DNA of 64,000 nt from Leptonemataceae bacterium (GCA_965227295.1 OZ245742.1:1984001-2048000), one strand, 5' to 3'. Shown: positions 38,526 to 48,248, numbered from the stretch's first letter. Translations and numbers: made by a program. Notes: generated from the sequence alone by a model not told the origin.

Positions 38526-38963
38526 TTACAATTTTAGAGCTTTCTGGATCGCCTGTTCCAGGGTGTTCCACGATAATGTCGCGCACTTCACGCGCACCGG
38601 ATAACGTTGCACGCCCTTGAAGGCCTCGAGGTCCTCGTGTTCCTCGGGAAAGTTCGGCTCGCGGTTTTCGGTGATCATGGACTTGAACGAGTCGATGAGC
38701 TTCTCGGCCTGCTCGGTGGTCATGCCCTCGACGGCGTCGGCCATCATGGAACCCGACGCCACCGAAATGCTGCAACCCCGGCCGTTCACGCGAATGCCTT
38801 TGAGTACGCCGTCCTGAACTTCGACTTCGATCTCGACCTCGTCGCCGCAACTGCGGTTCACGCCTTCTTCGACGACGCTGGGATGATCCAGATGCCCGCG
38901 ATGCGAAGGGTTCTGCGAGTGTTCGATAATGAGTTCTTTGTAGAGATCTTCCGTAAGAGACAT
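38526..38963 (-). CDS. sufU: SufU Fe-S assembly sulfur-transfer protein
   Basis: LYKELIIEHSQNP, NRSCGD, GCSISVASGS, RVKCATLSW. ATG at 38963. Confidence 0.92.
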   Translation of the reverse strand: MSLTEDLYKELIIEHSQNPSHRGHLDHPSVVEEGVNRSCGDEVEIEVEVQDGVLKGIRVNGRGCSISVASGSMMADAVEGMTTEQAEKLIDSFKSMITENREPNFPEEHEDLEAFKGVQRYPVRVKCATLSWNTLEQAIQKALKL

Positions 38964-38991
38964 GATGATTCGTTCCAGATGTTGCGGCGGC

Positions 38992-40236
38992 TCAGGCCGG
39001 CACGACGCTCTTAAAGATTTCGCGCACGCGCACGAGACCGCGCACCAGGGCGTCCACATCCTCGGGACCGTTGTAAAGATAAAACGACGCCCGCGCCGTA
39101 CCCGTGAGATCGTTCTTGCGCATCCACGGTTCGCAGCAGTGATGCCCCGCGCGAATGGCGATGCCCTCTTCGTCGAGGATCGTGCCCACGTCGTGCGAAT
39201 GCACGCCCTCGACGTTGAACGAGACAATGCCGCCGCGCTGATCCCACTCCCGCGTTCCGTACAGGTTGATGCCCGGCACTCGCTCCATTTCGGCGACGGC
39301 GTACTTCGTGACTTCGACCTCGTGGGCGTGGATGGCGTCCAGGCCGACGTTTTCCAGGTAGTCCAGGGCCACGTGAAAGGCCACCACGCCGGCGATGTTG
39401 GGCGTGCCCGCTTCGAATTTTTCCGGCAGGCCGGCGGCTTTGAAGCCGTCCTTCGTGACGCTTAAGATCATGTCGCCGCCACCTAAGAACGGCGGCATGG
39501 CTTCCAGGATGTCTTTTTTTCCGTAGAGGGCGCCGACGCCGGTGGGCCCGAGCATCTTGTGCGCCGAGAGGGCGTAAAAATCGCAGCCTAACTGCTGAAC
39601 ATCTACGGTTAAGTGGCAGGCCCCCTGGGCGCCGTCGATGACGAACAGCGCGTCTACGGCCTTCGCTTTTTTGCCGATGGTTTCGAGATCGTGAATGGTG
39701 CCAAGAGCATTCGACATGTGCGCCACCGAGACGATCTTCGTGCGCGGGCCGATGACCTCGTCCAGCCGGCTGTAATCGTAGCGGCCGTCGTCGGTGAGCG
39801 GAATGTGTTTTACGACGGCGCCCGTGCGTTCGGCGAGCATGAACCAGGGCACCAGGTTTGAGTGATGTTCCAGCTCGCTGACGACGATCTCATCGCCCGC
39901 ACCGACGTTCGCATCGCCCCAGGAGCGCGCCACCAGGTTGAGGCTTTCGGTTGTGTTGCGTGTAAAGATGATTTCTTCCGGTCGCGCAGCGCCGATGAAG
40001 TTCGCCAGGCGTTCGCGCGTGCGGTCGTAGAGATCGGTGGCTTCGTAGCTGAGGCGATAGGCCCCGCGGTGGATGTTGGCGTTCCGGCAGCGGTAGTAGT
40101 TTTCGAAGGTATCGATGACCTTTCTGGGCTTCTGTGACGAGGCGGCGCTGTCCAGAAAGACGAGGTCCTTGCCGTTCATTTTCGACTGAAGCAGGGGGAA
40201 GTCGTTTTTGATGGCGTGGTAATCGAATGTGCTCAT
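38992..40236 (-). CDS. sufS: Cysteine desulfurase SufS
   Basis: FLDSAASSQKP, EHHSN, SAHKMLGPTG, RAGHHC. Confidence 0.96.
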   Translation of the reverse strand: MSTFDYHAIKNDFPLLQSKMNGKDLVFLDSAASSQKPRKVIDTFENYYRCRNANIHRGAYRLSYEATDLYDRTRERLANFIGAARPEEIIFTRNTTESLNLVARSWGDANVGAGDEIVVSELEHHSNLVPWFMLAERTGAVVKHIPLTDDGRYDYSRLDEVIGPRTKIVSVAHMSNALGTIHDLETIGKKAKAVDALFVIDGAQGACHLTVDVQQLGCDFYALSAHKMLGPTGVGALYGKKDILEAMPPFLGGGDMILSVTKDGFKAAGLPEKFEAGTPNIAGVVAFHVALDYLENVGLDAIHAHEVEVTKYAVAEMERVPGINLYGTREWDQRGGIVSFNVEGVHSHDVGTILDEEGIAIRAGHHCCEPWMRKNDLTGTARASFYLYNGPEDVDALVRGLVRVREIFKSVVPA

Positions 40237-40498
40237 GTAAATCGCCCCGGGCCGGTGTTGCGCCGGCGAGACTGCCGACAGGTTCCCAGTATATGGTTAA
40301 GAAATGGAAGCGGGGGATTAGTTTCAATAAGGAAATGCGTGGAAGATGGGGTCACAGGAGGTTGAGAGGAGGAGAGGGGATGCGTGTGGGATGGTTGGGC
40401 TGCTGATGTCAGTGGGATCTGTGGCTCCTGTGCGATCCGTGACATAAGTTGTGTCCCGGAAATCCGGGATGGATCAGATGGACCAGGCGGATCTTTTT

Positions 40499-40590
40499 GG
40501 GCGTCGGCCCGGCGGTGTCGGGAGCCGCCGGATACCGCGCTACTCCGGGCTCGCTATCCGCTCGGGGAGTGACTAAAGAGGCATCCCGGG
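40499..40590 (-). repeat. Third, diverged copy of the palindromic repeat family
   Basis: Reverse strand reads AGCGGATAGCGAGCCCGGAGTAGCGCGG-hairpin-CGCCCAAAAA. Confidence 0.5.
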
Positions 40591-40631
40591 TTTTTTTAGA
40601 AATCAAAGCAAAACTGAAATGTGACCGGGCT

Positions 40632-40901
40632 TCACGATTGCAGAAGTTGGGCTTCCACCCCATCCACGATAATGATCGGCTTCTCGAAGAAGCCCGGCGG
40701 GTTTACGATCTTGATCTTTCGCTTGTTCAGTGTGAACTGTAGCTTGTTCGGAAACCGAATGGTGCGGGTGCTGATTGTTGGCGGCGCCATGTCCACCAGC
40801 TTGCCTCCGTAGTATACCTTGATTGTGCCGAAGAACCAGCCCACACGGACTTCAAGGACCTTGCCGTCGAGGTAGGTCTTTGCGGTGTATGGGTTGCGCA
40901 T
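40632..40901 (-). CDS. Hypothetical beta-rich protein (89 aa)
   Basis: Clean ORF with protein-like composition; no family recognised. Confidence 0.6.
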   Translation of the reverse strand: MRNPYTAKTYLDGKVLEVRVGWFFGTIKVYYGGKLVDMAPPTISTRTIRFPNKLQFTLNKRKIKIVNPPGFFEKPIIIVDGVEAQLLQS

Positions 40902-40907
40902 AGGTAT

Positions 40908-41102
40908 TTATGGATCGGTTCCCTGCAGTTTGAGGGCTAACTTGCTCAGGCTGTCACGCATCTCCATGCGGTTAATGCCAAAGTGTGCTTCCCGATGGTG
41001 ATTCGGGTAGAGAGCGACGACATTGCTTTCACTATCGCTTCCGCCTTCGGCCAATGAAGTTACATGGTGGGTTTCCAGGTAGATACTTCCATTGGGCATC
41101 AT
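40908..41102 (-). pseudogene. HNH endonuclease C-terminal remnant
   Basis: YLETHHVTSLAEGGSDSESNVVALYPNHHREAH; N-terminus missing, expected Cys is Tyr, locally AT-richer. Confidence 0.7.
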
Positions 41103-41224
41103 TGTACAAGATTGATGAGAAGGGGTTGGTTGGTTTGAGGGCTGGTAGATCCATAGATGGGCGACAAGTTTTTATTTTTATAGGCAGTGACGAATGTTGC
41201 GATGTTTGTCAATGCGATCCCCTA

Positions 41225-41638
41225 TCATCCGTCAAGAAGCCAGAACAGTGCGTTCATGAGGGCCCCCAGCAGTTCTGCGAGCAGATTCGTTACCCACAGA
41301 TCATCCAGGTTCTTCTCGTCTGCCGATTTGCGTTCTCGCTTCTGAGTCTTTTTTGCCGCCCGTGACCGTGCTTTGTCGACCGACTCCCGCCATTTTTCCG
41401 GCTTCGGGTGTTTGCGAACGGATGTCTTCGTTCCGCGTAGTAAGTCGTATTCGCGACGGCGTAGTGGGTGGCGTAGAACCTCGAAAGCTTCGTTCAACTG
41501 CAGGAATTGGTCGTGCGCGTCGTCCGCATCATTACGATCGGGATGAAGCCGGAGTGCTTTCTGCCGGAAGGCAGTGCTGATTTCCAACTGAGACGCGGTC
41601 GGTTTGACGCCCAGAACTTTGTAGTAGTCCTCCATCAT
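41225..41638 (-). CDS. J-domain protein
   Basis: DYYKVLGV...LHPDRN...LNEAFEVL...RREYD; hydrophobic C-tail. Confidence 0.88.
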   Translation of the reverse strand: MMEDYYKVLGVKPTASQLEISTAFRQKALRLHPDRNDADDAHDQFLQLNEAFEVLRHPLRRREYDLLRGTKTSVRKHPKPEKWRESVDKARSRAAKKTQKRERKSADEKNLDDLWVTNLLAELLGALMNALFWLLDG

Positions 41639-41674
41639 GAGCACCGCGGGCGGGACCCCTGCGGCCGTCGCGGA

Positions 41675-42133
41675 TCAGTTCACCCTGTCAGGAATTGCAA
41701 ACATCGCGGCAAGAAATGCAATCCCGGCCAGAACAATGCGCGCCCATTGCCACTGCGCCCACTCAACGAGGGCCGCCGGCAATTGTTCGGGTGCGATGCT
41801 GCGTTCCAGAAAGGCCGCATTGGCCGCTTTGAAATAGACCGGGAAGAGGATCAGTACCGCGACGGCTGCAATCAGAGCCAGAACCATCGTCCACTTTCCG
41901 CGTTGATTGCTCACGAACAACCACAGACTGGCGATCAGGGCTGCGACCGCACTGGTGATTTGCAGCGGGCTGTAGAAAGCCACGAGCCTCGCATGGTTCT
42001 GCGCATACCAGTCGTAGAACTCGACGGGTTCCAGTTCCTGCCAGAACGGGACCAGCAACGTGACTTCGGCGAGGCTCGCACCGGCCGAGATTCCGAGTAC
42101 GGCAGCAACGAGAATGATCAATTTGCGCGTCAT
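41675..42133 (-). CDS. Four-TM membrane protein, DUF1772-like
   Basis: Four hydrophobic helices; YFKAAN...EWAQWQWAR pattern. Confidence 0.6.
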   Translation of the reverse strand: MTRKLIILVAAVLGISAGASLAEVTLLVPFWQELEPVEFYDWYAQNHARLVAFYSPLQITSAVAALIASLWLFVSNQRGKWTMVLALIAAVAVLILFPVYFKAANAAFLERSIAPEQLPAALVEWAQWQWARIVLAGIAFLAAMFAIPDRVN

Positions 42134-42156
42134 AGATTTCGAATCCACACCTATCC

Positions 42157-43473
42157 TTACAGTTTGCGTTTCTCTAACTGCTTGCCCTTCGTGTCAAAGA
42201 AAATGATGTACTCGGTGCCGTCGTCCTCGACCTTGATTTCCATCGCGGCGTAGTTGTAGTAGCCGTGAATGACGGGTTTGTCGTTCGCGTCGAAGAATTC
42301 ACGACGAACCAGGCGGGCGCCTTCGTAGTGATTGCGCTCAATGGAAAAATTCAACAGGCCGACCGTGAAGGGCTTTTCGTTTTGATCGAGCTGACGTTCT
42401 TCCAGAGGGCGGCCGTACTTATCGCGTTTTACGATTTGAACGGCGCCCGCGTAGCTGCGATCCCGGAGTTTGCCGTCCGCGCCGTAGTTGCGAGTCTCGA
42501 CCGGATAGAGCGTACGGTCCGTGCGGTACACCGTCCGGGTGACGTCGTCGGTGACGGGCTTTTCTTCGGCGTTCAGATACTCTACCGTTACTTCGTAGTG
42601 GTCGTCCTTGAGTTCGTAACTGTAGCGCGAGATGGTCGTGCCCTTCGCGCTCGGTTTTCCGTCCGCGGTGAGGCAGCGCCGTTCGGTTACCTGACCGAGA
42701 TCGTTCACGGTGCGTCGTTCCACCGGGCCGCAATGCATCCCCTGCACGGGCCGGTCCTGTTTGTCGAAGTAGCGTGACTCCGTGAGCGCTCCGCGTTCGT
42801 CGTACTTGAACTCGGCGCGGGCCCAGCCCGCGTTGTTCAGTGCAGGCTTTCCGGCCTGATCGAAAAAGCGCACCTCCGCGGCGAGACCGCGTTCGTTCCA
42901 GTGCACTTCGTCGCCCGCGATGTTGCCGGTTGCATCCTCGGATGCGATCGATCGTGTGACTGTGATCCTGCCGTTTTCGTCGCGGGTGATGCTGCGCTCA
43001 TTGCCCGTGCTGCCCGAGTTATCTTCAACGGTCGCACCGGTTTCGTCGATGAAAGTAATCGTCATTGTATCGCCTTCGACGGCGACGCGACGACGATAGA
43101 TGCCTCCATGCACGGCGGTGGCCGGTTCCCCGTCCACATCGAGAAAGGTATGAATGACGGAGCCGTCCTCGGGATACTCGAATTTGACGACGGCCGCGCT
43201 CAGCTCCGAACCGTGGAAGCCCTCTTTGCCGTTGAAGAGAAACGTGATCTGTTTCGGCTGGTTCTCCGCGGCGTACTCCACGCGGTAGGCGCGTCCTTTC
43301 TGTGCGTCCGCGGCGGAGACTTCCATTTGCCCGACGATGTTTAATTGCGGACCGTAGCTTATATCACGGAAGTATCGATCGGCGGGACCGCAGGCGACGG
43401 CTCCGCCGAAGAGTAGCGTCAGAAGAACCAGGACGGTGAACTGCCGAAGTCGACAAATTGGTGGATGTTGCAT
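42157..43473 (-). CDS. Lipoprotein with YD/RHS-like tandem repeats
   Basis: Lipobox-like AVAC; repeated (F/Y)(F/L)DxxG(K/E)P units. Confidence 0.75.
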   Translation of the reverse strand: MQHPPICRLRQFTVLVLLTLLFGGAVACGPADRYFRDISYGPQLNIVGQMEVSAADAQKGRAYRVEYAAENQPKQITFLFNGKEGFHGSELSAAVVKFEYPEDGSVIHTFLDVDGEPATAVHGGIYRRRVAVEGDTMTITFIDETGATVEDNSGSTGNERSITRDENGRITVTRSIASEDATGNIAGDEVHWNERGLAAEVRFFDQAGKPALNNAGWARAEFKYDERGALTESRYFDKQDRPVQGMHCGPVERRTVNDLGQVTERRCLTADGKPSAKGTTISRYSYELKDDHYEVTVEYLNAEEKPVTDDVTRTVYRTDRTLYPVETRNYGADGKLRDRSYAGAVQIVKRDKYGRPLEERQLDQNEKPFTVGLLNFSIERNHYEGARLVRREFFDANDKPVIHGYYNYAAMEIKVEDDGTEYIIFFDTKGKQLEKRKL

Positions 43474-43639
43474 GGAAGCTCCTCGAAGAAGTGGCGCAAC
43501 AGGAAGCGGGGGAGCCTGGTTATGTCAACGTGTTAATAAAGGATCTGAAGTTTTTGTGAAGATGGCTATGGCTTACGCGGATACGCGTGCCGGCGACAGG
43601 AAGATCATCCTGCCGCCGGGTTGGATGCGCGCTTTGTCT

Positions 43640-44423
43640 TCAGGCGTGGACGGCCACCGGCGTCGGTGCCGGTCGGCGGCGGAGAGCCGAAGCGACGCGA
43701 AGACGATAGCGTATATAACCCGGTATCACCCAGGGGTTGGCGAGAACCTTCGCATAAAATGGAACCTGATCGAAGTAAGCCGTGCGTTCGTAGCCGCGAC
43801 CCTCTTTCAGAATGAAACGATCCACGATGGGAATACGCAGAGCTTTGCGACCGATGGGCAGGACGAGGGTCCACTCGATGAAAAAAAGCGGTTCGGAAGG
43901 GGGGCCGGTTCTCTGGCGGGTGCCCCGCCGTACTCCACCTGAGCGTGGACGATGCCCTCAACAGTGCGTACCGGTCATGATCAATTTGACTTTGCCCAGC
44001 ATCCGCCGTACCGTTTGCGTGCGAATGCATTCCCAGCACACGGCCGCACCGACGCCGCCGAGGCCTGTTTGAAAGACGCCATCGTCCGAACCGCCGACAT
44101 AGAAGTTGTTTTCCCACTTGGTCGGTAGATCTTTGTCGTGGGTGTGCAATTCATTCGGACCCGCGAAGAAGTAACGATTGTATAACTGATCTTTATCAAC
44201 GATTAGCATGGATCCGCCGACGTAGCCTTGATAGCGGGACGCGAGGCGCCGCAGCATCTCTACGGCCGGATTGCGTACGTCGAGTGCCGCGCGATACACG
44301 TCTCGTGCCGGTACGATCGCGCTCGTAAAAAATTCGGGGAGGGCCACCAGACGTGCGCCCGCTTCGAAGGCGTTCGTCGCCAATCGTTCGGCCATCCGAA
44401 TGTTGTCCGCCACGTTGCCCGGC
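43640..44423 (-). pseudogene. Carbon-nitrogen hydrolase (nitrilase family) remnant
   Basis: LPEFF, HDK and VCWE triad present. N-terminus absent, stop at 43958, C-terminal EGIVHAQV...PNRFF in another frame. Confidence 0.75.
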
Positions 44424-44838
44424 CGTGTTCTTCGAGACGCTGGAGCAGAGTTTCCGCTCCGAACGCCTGTGAGGGCGTAAGCGCGCCGGAGGCCGTGAAG
44501 TCCCGGCGGCTGGCCAGATGCGCGCAAATCGCGGCCGCTGTTATAGCGATGCCGTTCGGCGCGGAGATGGTTGCAATGCGGGCGCGATCCTGATCGTCGC
44601 TCACTTCTACGCAGGCACGCAGGGGCGGCCCGTGTTCTTCTCCGGTTCGCCGGAAAGATCAAGGCAGTGCCGGCCGGCCGCGAGGGCGGCCTCCTGCAGC
44701 GCCCCCCCCGGTGTGAACGGGGGCAAGGGCGACGCTTGAGCCCATCGCTACCAGCGCTTTGCTTACGGCGCGTCCGGTTCGTCCGGCGGCACCGTAGACG
44801 ACCACGTCCAATTGCGAATCGATTCGGCGAGACTCCAT
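44424..44838 (-). pseudogene. Saccharopine dehydrogenase-like oxidoreductase remnant
   Basis: GGAGG + ATG 44838, VVVYGAAGRTG. Then fragments PFT...AALAAGRHCLDLSGEP and GALTPSQAFGA in shifted frames, far too close together for an intact gene. Confidence 0.7.
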
Positions 44839-44873
44839 CGAGGCAGCCTCCGACCGCAGTTGGAAAAGTCAAG

Positions 44874-44900
44874 CATATACTTTGTTTTTCAAAGTATATG
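44874..44900. promoter_or_regulatory. Perfect 11-bp inverted repeat, candidate operator
   Basis: CATATACTTTG-TTTTT-CAAAGTATATG between the HxlR gene and the downstream pseudogene start. Confidence 0.6.
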
Positions 44901-44953
44901 TGTCGGGCGTCGTTACTGCGATGGGGTACGGGCCGTGGGTAGACGGGATTACT

Positions 44954-45580
44954 TTATTGGAACACGCGCAGTACCCGGCGCATGAGGCTTCCCGGGCCAT
45001 TAATGATCAGCCCTCGGGCGGAATCGCCGTCGCTCTGAAGGGAGCGGACCAGCGCCGTGGCGGTTCCGGAAATGATCAGGTCGGGAGTCACGGTATCATC
45101 GTGGAGACGCTGGAGACCGTCGGGTCCGAAGCGAACATCGAGGGTCGCCCCGGGAGTGCGCCAGCGAACGACGACCGGCTTTGAAAAGTTAGCCTGGTCA
45201 TTGTTGTACAGGCTGAGGATTGCTGAGTAGAGGTAGGAACTGGAAAAATGGCGTTCACCCTGTTTGCCGATGTGCTGCAGGCCGAATCGCGCCAGTTCAC
45301 CGAGGAGCGGCCGAAGCGTTCGCCCGGTGTCCGTCAGTTCATAGACCCGCGACGGACCGGGGGCCGGCAGAGACGTGCGCCGAATGAAACCGTGTTCTTC
45401 CAGGCTCTTCAGACGATTGCTCAGTATGTCGGTCGCAATGCCCGGCAGCCCGTCCTGGAGGTCCGAGAATCTTTGGGGGCCTTCCATGAGTTGTCGGACA
45501 ATGAGCAACGTCCAGCGTTCACCGACCAGATCGAGGGCTTGTGCGATTCCGCAGTACTGATTGTATGATTTCTTGCTCAC
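44954..45580 (-). CDS. HxlR-family winged-helix regulator with C-terminal SCP2-like extension
   Basis: YNQYCGIAQALDLVGERWTLLIVR...RFSDLQDGLPGI...YELTDTG. Confidence 0.88.
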   Translation of the reverse strand: MSKKSYNQYCGIAQALDLVGERWTLLIVRQLMEGPQRFSDLQDGLPGIATDILSNRLKSLEEHGFIRRTSLPAPGPSRVYELTDTGRTLRPLLGELARFGLQHIGKQGERHFSSSYLYSAILSLYNNDQANFSKPVVVRWRTPGATLDVRFGPDGLQRLHDDTVTPDLIISGTATALVRSLQSDGDSARGLIINGPGSLMRRVLRVFQ

Positions 45581-45610
45581 AGCTACTCCGGCGGGGTAAC
45601 GCAGTCCTGA

Positions 45611-45928
45611 TTACGAAAGATCCACCTCGACATCATCCCCGCTCAGCCGCACCGGGTATGTCTCGATCTCTTCCGTTGCCGGCATGCGCAGAACCTCGCC
45701 GTTCGTTACGTCGAACTGAGCGCCGTGGCGGGGACAGGTGATGCACTTCCCATCTAACTTGCCGTCAGCAGAAACCAGCGGCCCGTCGTCGTGCGTGCAG
45801 AGGTCATCGAAGGCGAACAACTCGCCGTCGATCTTTGCGATGCCGATGCGGCCGAAGCGAGTCGTAAACGTAGCGGCACAGCCCTCGGCGGGAAGCTCTT
45901 GAGCGGAAGCGATGCGAACAAAACTCAT
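45611..45928 (-). CDS. Rieske-type [2Fe-2S] ferredoxin
   Basis: CTH...CPRHGAQFD. Confidence 0.92.
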   Translation of the reverse strand: MSFVRIASAQELPAEGCAATFTTRFGRIGIAKIDGELFAFDDLCTHDDGPLVSADGKLDGKCITCPRHGAQFDVTNGEVLRMPATEEIETYPVRLSGDDVEVDLS

Positions 45929-45933
45929 AGATT

Positions 45934-47196
45934 TCAAATAGCCAGCTTGGAGCGCCAGGTGTCCAGGATGCTTTCGTGGTATTCCGGCGCCGGGATCTCG
46001 GCGATGACCTCGTTCAGAAATCCCTGGATCAACAACGCGCGTGCGTCGGCCTCCGGAATACCGCGGGCCATGAGAAAGAACACCGCGTCGGCGTCGAGTT
46101 CGCCGACGGTGGCGCCGTGTTCGGCGGCGACGTCCTCGCTGCGCACGACCAGGCGCGGCATGGACTCGGCGCGGGCCTTCTGGTTTAACAGAATGTTATT
46201 GTTAGTTTGCAGCGAGTCCACGTGTTTGCGGCCCGGCGGGATCAACAGGTTGCCGTTAAACACGCTGTGCGCCCGATCCTTTACGACGGTTTTGTACAAT
46301 AACGACGACGTGGTATGATCGGCATGATGCTCGGCGAGCATCTCCATGTCGCTGAACTCGCGCCCCGAAGCCGCGAGCAAGCCGATCCCCCGAAACTCCG
46401 CCCCGGGTTCCCGCGCCTTCGCAATCACGAAAGCCTTGCCTTTAATGCCGCCCTGGCGCGCCGTGGAATAGTGCACGCGGGAGTCACGCGATTGTTCGGT
46501 GACAAACCTGTGGAAGTGTTGCTCGGGCCCCTGGTAGTTATGCAGCGCGACGTAGTTCACGCGGGCGTTGTTGCCGCAGATGACGTGCGTTTCGCAATTC
46601 CACAACTGCAGTTCTTCGGAGTCGGTGCCCGTGAATTCCTCGATGACGGTGAGCTCCGCGTTATCCGCCGCGGCGATGAACGTTCGATGTACGAGGGCAC
46701 CCCGGCCGGCGTCTCCGGCCATCCGATGTTTAATGTGAACGGCTTCGTTGCCGGCGCCGTTCGAATACACGGCGACGTTCTGGGCGTGGGTGGCGAGGTT
46801 CTGTGCGGCAAAGAGTCCCGCATCCGGACGATCGGCGGCCTGGACTTCTTTCAGAGCGGCGGCGAGATGCGCGCGCAGTTTTTCGGCTAACTTCTGATCG
46901 TTGGCATCTTGCGAAGACAGCACGGTGCCGAAGGGTTTCGCGATGATGCGTTGTTCGTCGGGGTTCTGAATTTCGAGATTGGTCGGCGTATCGGCCAGGC
47001 GGTAGGCCCGCGGATCGAAGCCGGAGTTTACGAGATCGATTTTGCGCCAGGACTCGCGAATGGTATCGCCGCCGTCGATGCCGGGCAGCGGCGCTTTTTC
47101 GTAGGCGGAGAGCGCGGCGAGACGCACGTCCCGCAATTCGGCCGGCTCGTTTTTGTTTTCGATGAAGCCCTTGAGGCTGTCGGTGGCTGTTACCAT
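45934..47196 (-). CDS. sufD: Fe-S assembly protein SufD
   Basis: ESWRK, SVFNG, PRLVVRSEDVAAEHGATVG, FFLMARGI. Confidence 0.92.
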   Translation of the reverse strand: MVTATDSLKGFIENKNEPAELRDVRLAALSAYEKAPLPGIDGGDTIRESWRKIDLVNSGFDPRAYRLADTPTNLEIQNPDEQRIIAKPFGTVLSSQDANDQKLAEKLRAHLAAALKEVQAADRPDAGLFAAQNLATHAQNVAVYSNGAGNEAVHIKHRMAGDAGRGALVHRTFIAAADNAELTVIEEFTGTDSEELQLWNCETHVICGNNARVNYVALHNYQGPEQHFHRFVTEQSRDSRVHYSTARQGGIKGKAFVIAKAREPGAEFRGIGLLAASGREFSDMEMLAEHHADHTTSSLLYKTVVKDRAHSVFNGNLLIPPGRKHVDSLQTNNNILLNQKARAESMPRLVVRSEDVAAEHGATVGELDADAVFFLMARGIPEADARALLIQGFLNEVIAEIPAPEYHESILDTWRSKLAI

Positions 47197-47210
47197 AAAA
47201 TCCTTTTTTC

Positions 47211-47322
47211 ACTCCGAGGACCGAGGTACCGAGGAAAAAGAATCCGGAGGACCTTCATCGCCTGCACGCGCGCAGGTTAAGCGGCTCTCCACATCTTCTC
47301 TCGGTGTCTCGGTCCTCGGAGT
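47211..47322. repeat. MITE-like element with terminal inverted repeats
   Basis: ACTCCGAGGACCGAGGTACCGAG...CTCGGTGTCTCGGTCCTCGGAGT (21/23 match); internal palindrome CCTGCACGCGCGCAGG. Confidence 0.75.
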
Positions 47323-47343
47323 AAACTTTCCTTCGACACCGCC

Positions 47344-48090
47344 CTAAGCGATGCCCGCCTCCTGGGCCACCCAATCGTAGCCCTCCGCCTCGAGTCTTTC
47401 GGCCAGATCGCGCCCGCCGCTTTTGATGATGCGGCCGTCCATGAAGACGTGCACACGGTCAAGGGAGAGATAGTTCAGGATGCGCTGGTAGTGCGTGATG
47501 ATGAGCATGGAACGCCCGGGATCGCGCACGGCTTCCAGGCCCTCGGCGATGATGCGCAGGGCGTCGATGTCCAGGCCCGAGTCGATCTCGTCGAGGATCG
47601 CCATCTTCGGTTTGATCATGGCCATCTGGAGGATTTCATTGCGCTTCTTTTCGCCGCCGGAGAAGCCGTCGTTCACGTAGCGAGCCGCGAAGGCGTTGTC
47701 CATCTGCAACGTCGCCATGCTCGATTTCATTTCGTTGCGGAACTCTTTTACCGGCACGTCGGCCCCGCGCACGTTCTTGAGCACGTTGCGCAAAAAGTTC
47801 GTAACGGTGACGCCGGGGATGGCCGTCGGGTATTGAAACGATAGAAACAATCCGGCCCGGGCACGCTCGTCCGTCGGCATGCCGAGCACGGACTTGCCTT
47901 CAAAGAGAATATCGCCCGATGTCACTTCGTATTTCGGATGGCCCATGATCGTATACGAGAGCGTGGACTTACCGGATCCGTTCGGTCCCATGATGGCGTG
48001 AATCTCCCCCGCGGGGATCGCGAGGTTCAAGCCCTTGATGATTTCTTTGTCTTCGATTTTGACCCGGAGGTCTTTGATTTCTAAAAGCAT
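47344..48090 (-). CDS. sufC: Fe-S assembly ATPase SufC
   Basis: [36 protein letters not shown]. Confidence 0.97.
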   Translation of the reverse strand: MLLEIKDLRVKIEDKEIIKGLNLAIPAGEIHAIMGPNGSGKSTLSYTIMGHPKYEVTSGDILFEGKSVLGMPTDERARAGLFLSFQYPTAIPGVTVTNFLRNVLKNVRGADVPVKEFRNEMKSSMATLQMDNAFAARYVNDGFSGGEKKRNEILQMAMIKPKMAILDEIDSGLDIDALRIIAEGLEAVRDPGRSMLIITHYQRILNYLSLDRVHVFMDGRIIKSGGRDLAERLEAEGYDWVAQEAGIA

Positions 48091-48111
48091 TGCTTGTTGA
48101 TTCCTTCTGTT

Positions 48112-48237
48112 ACTCCGAGGACCGAGGGATCGAGGTTAAGGATGTGAGGGCGAGTGTAGCCTGCATGCGAGCAGGCTTAAACCATCCCTTTCCATTTTCT
48201 CTAAAGATTCTTCCCTCGGTACCTCGGTCCTCGGAGT
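48112..48237. repeat. Second MITE-like element of the same family
   Basis: ACTCCGAGGACCGAGG...CCTCGGTACCTCGGTCCTCGGAGT; internal GCCTGCATGCGAGCAGGC. Confidence 0.75.
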
Positions 48238-48248
48238 TCAAAATGAGA

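Noticed and set aside
43958..43960. TGA recoding in the nitrilase
   Set aside because: The recognisable nitrilase C-terminus resumes in a different frame, which points to a deletion junction.
40237..45610. Integron cassette array
   Set aside because: Genes are co-oriented, but I found no integrase or recurring attC-like sites between them.
47211..48237. CRISPR array or composite transposon around sufC
   Set aside because: Only two self-inverted elements, with no regular repeat-spacer pattern, cas gene or transposase.
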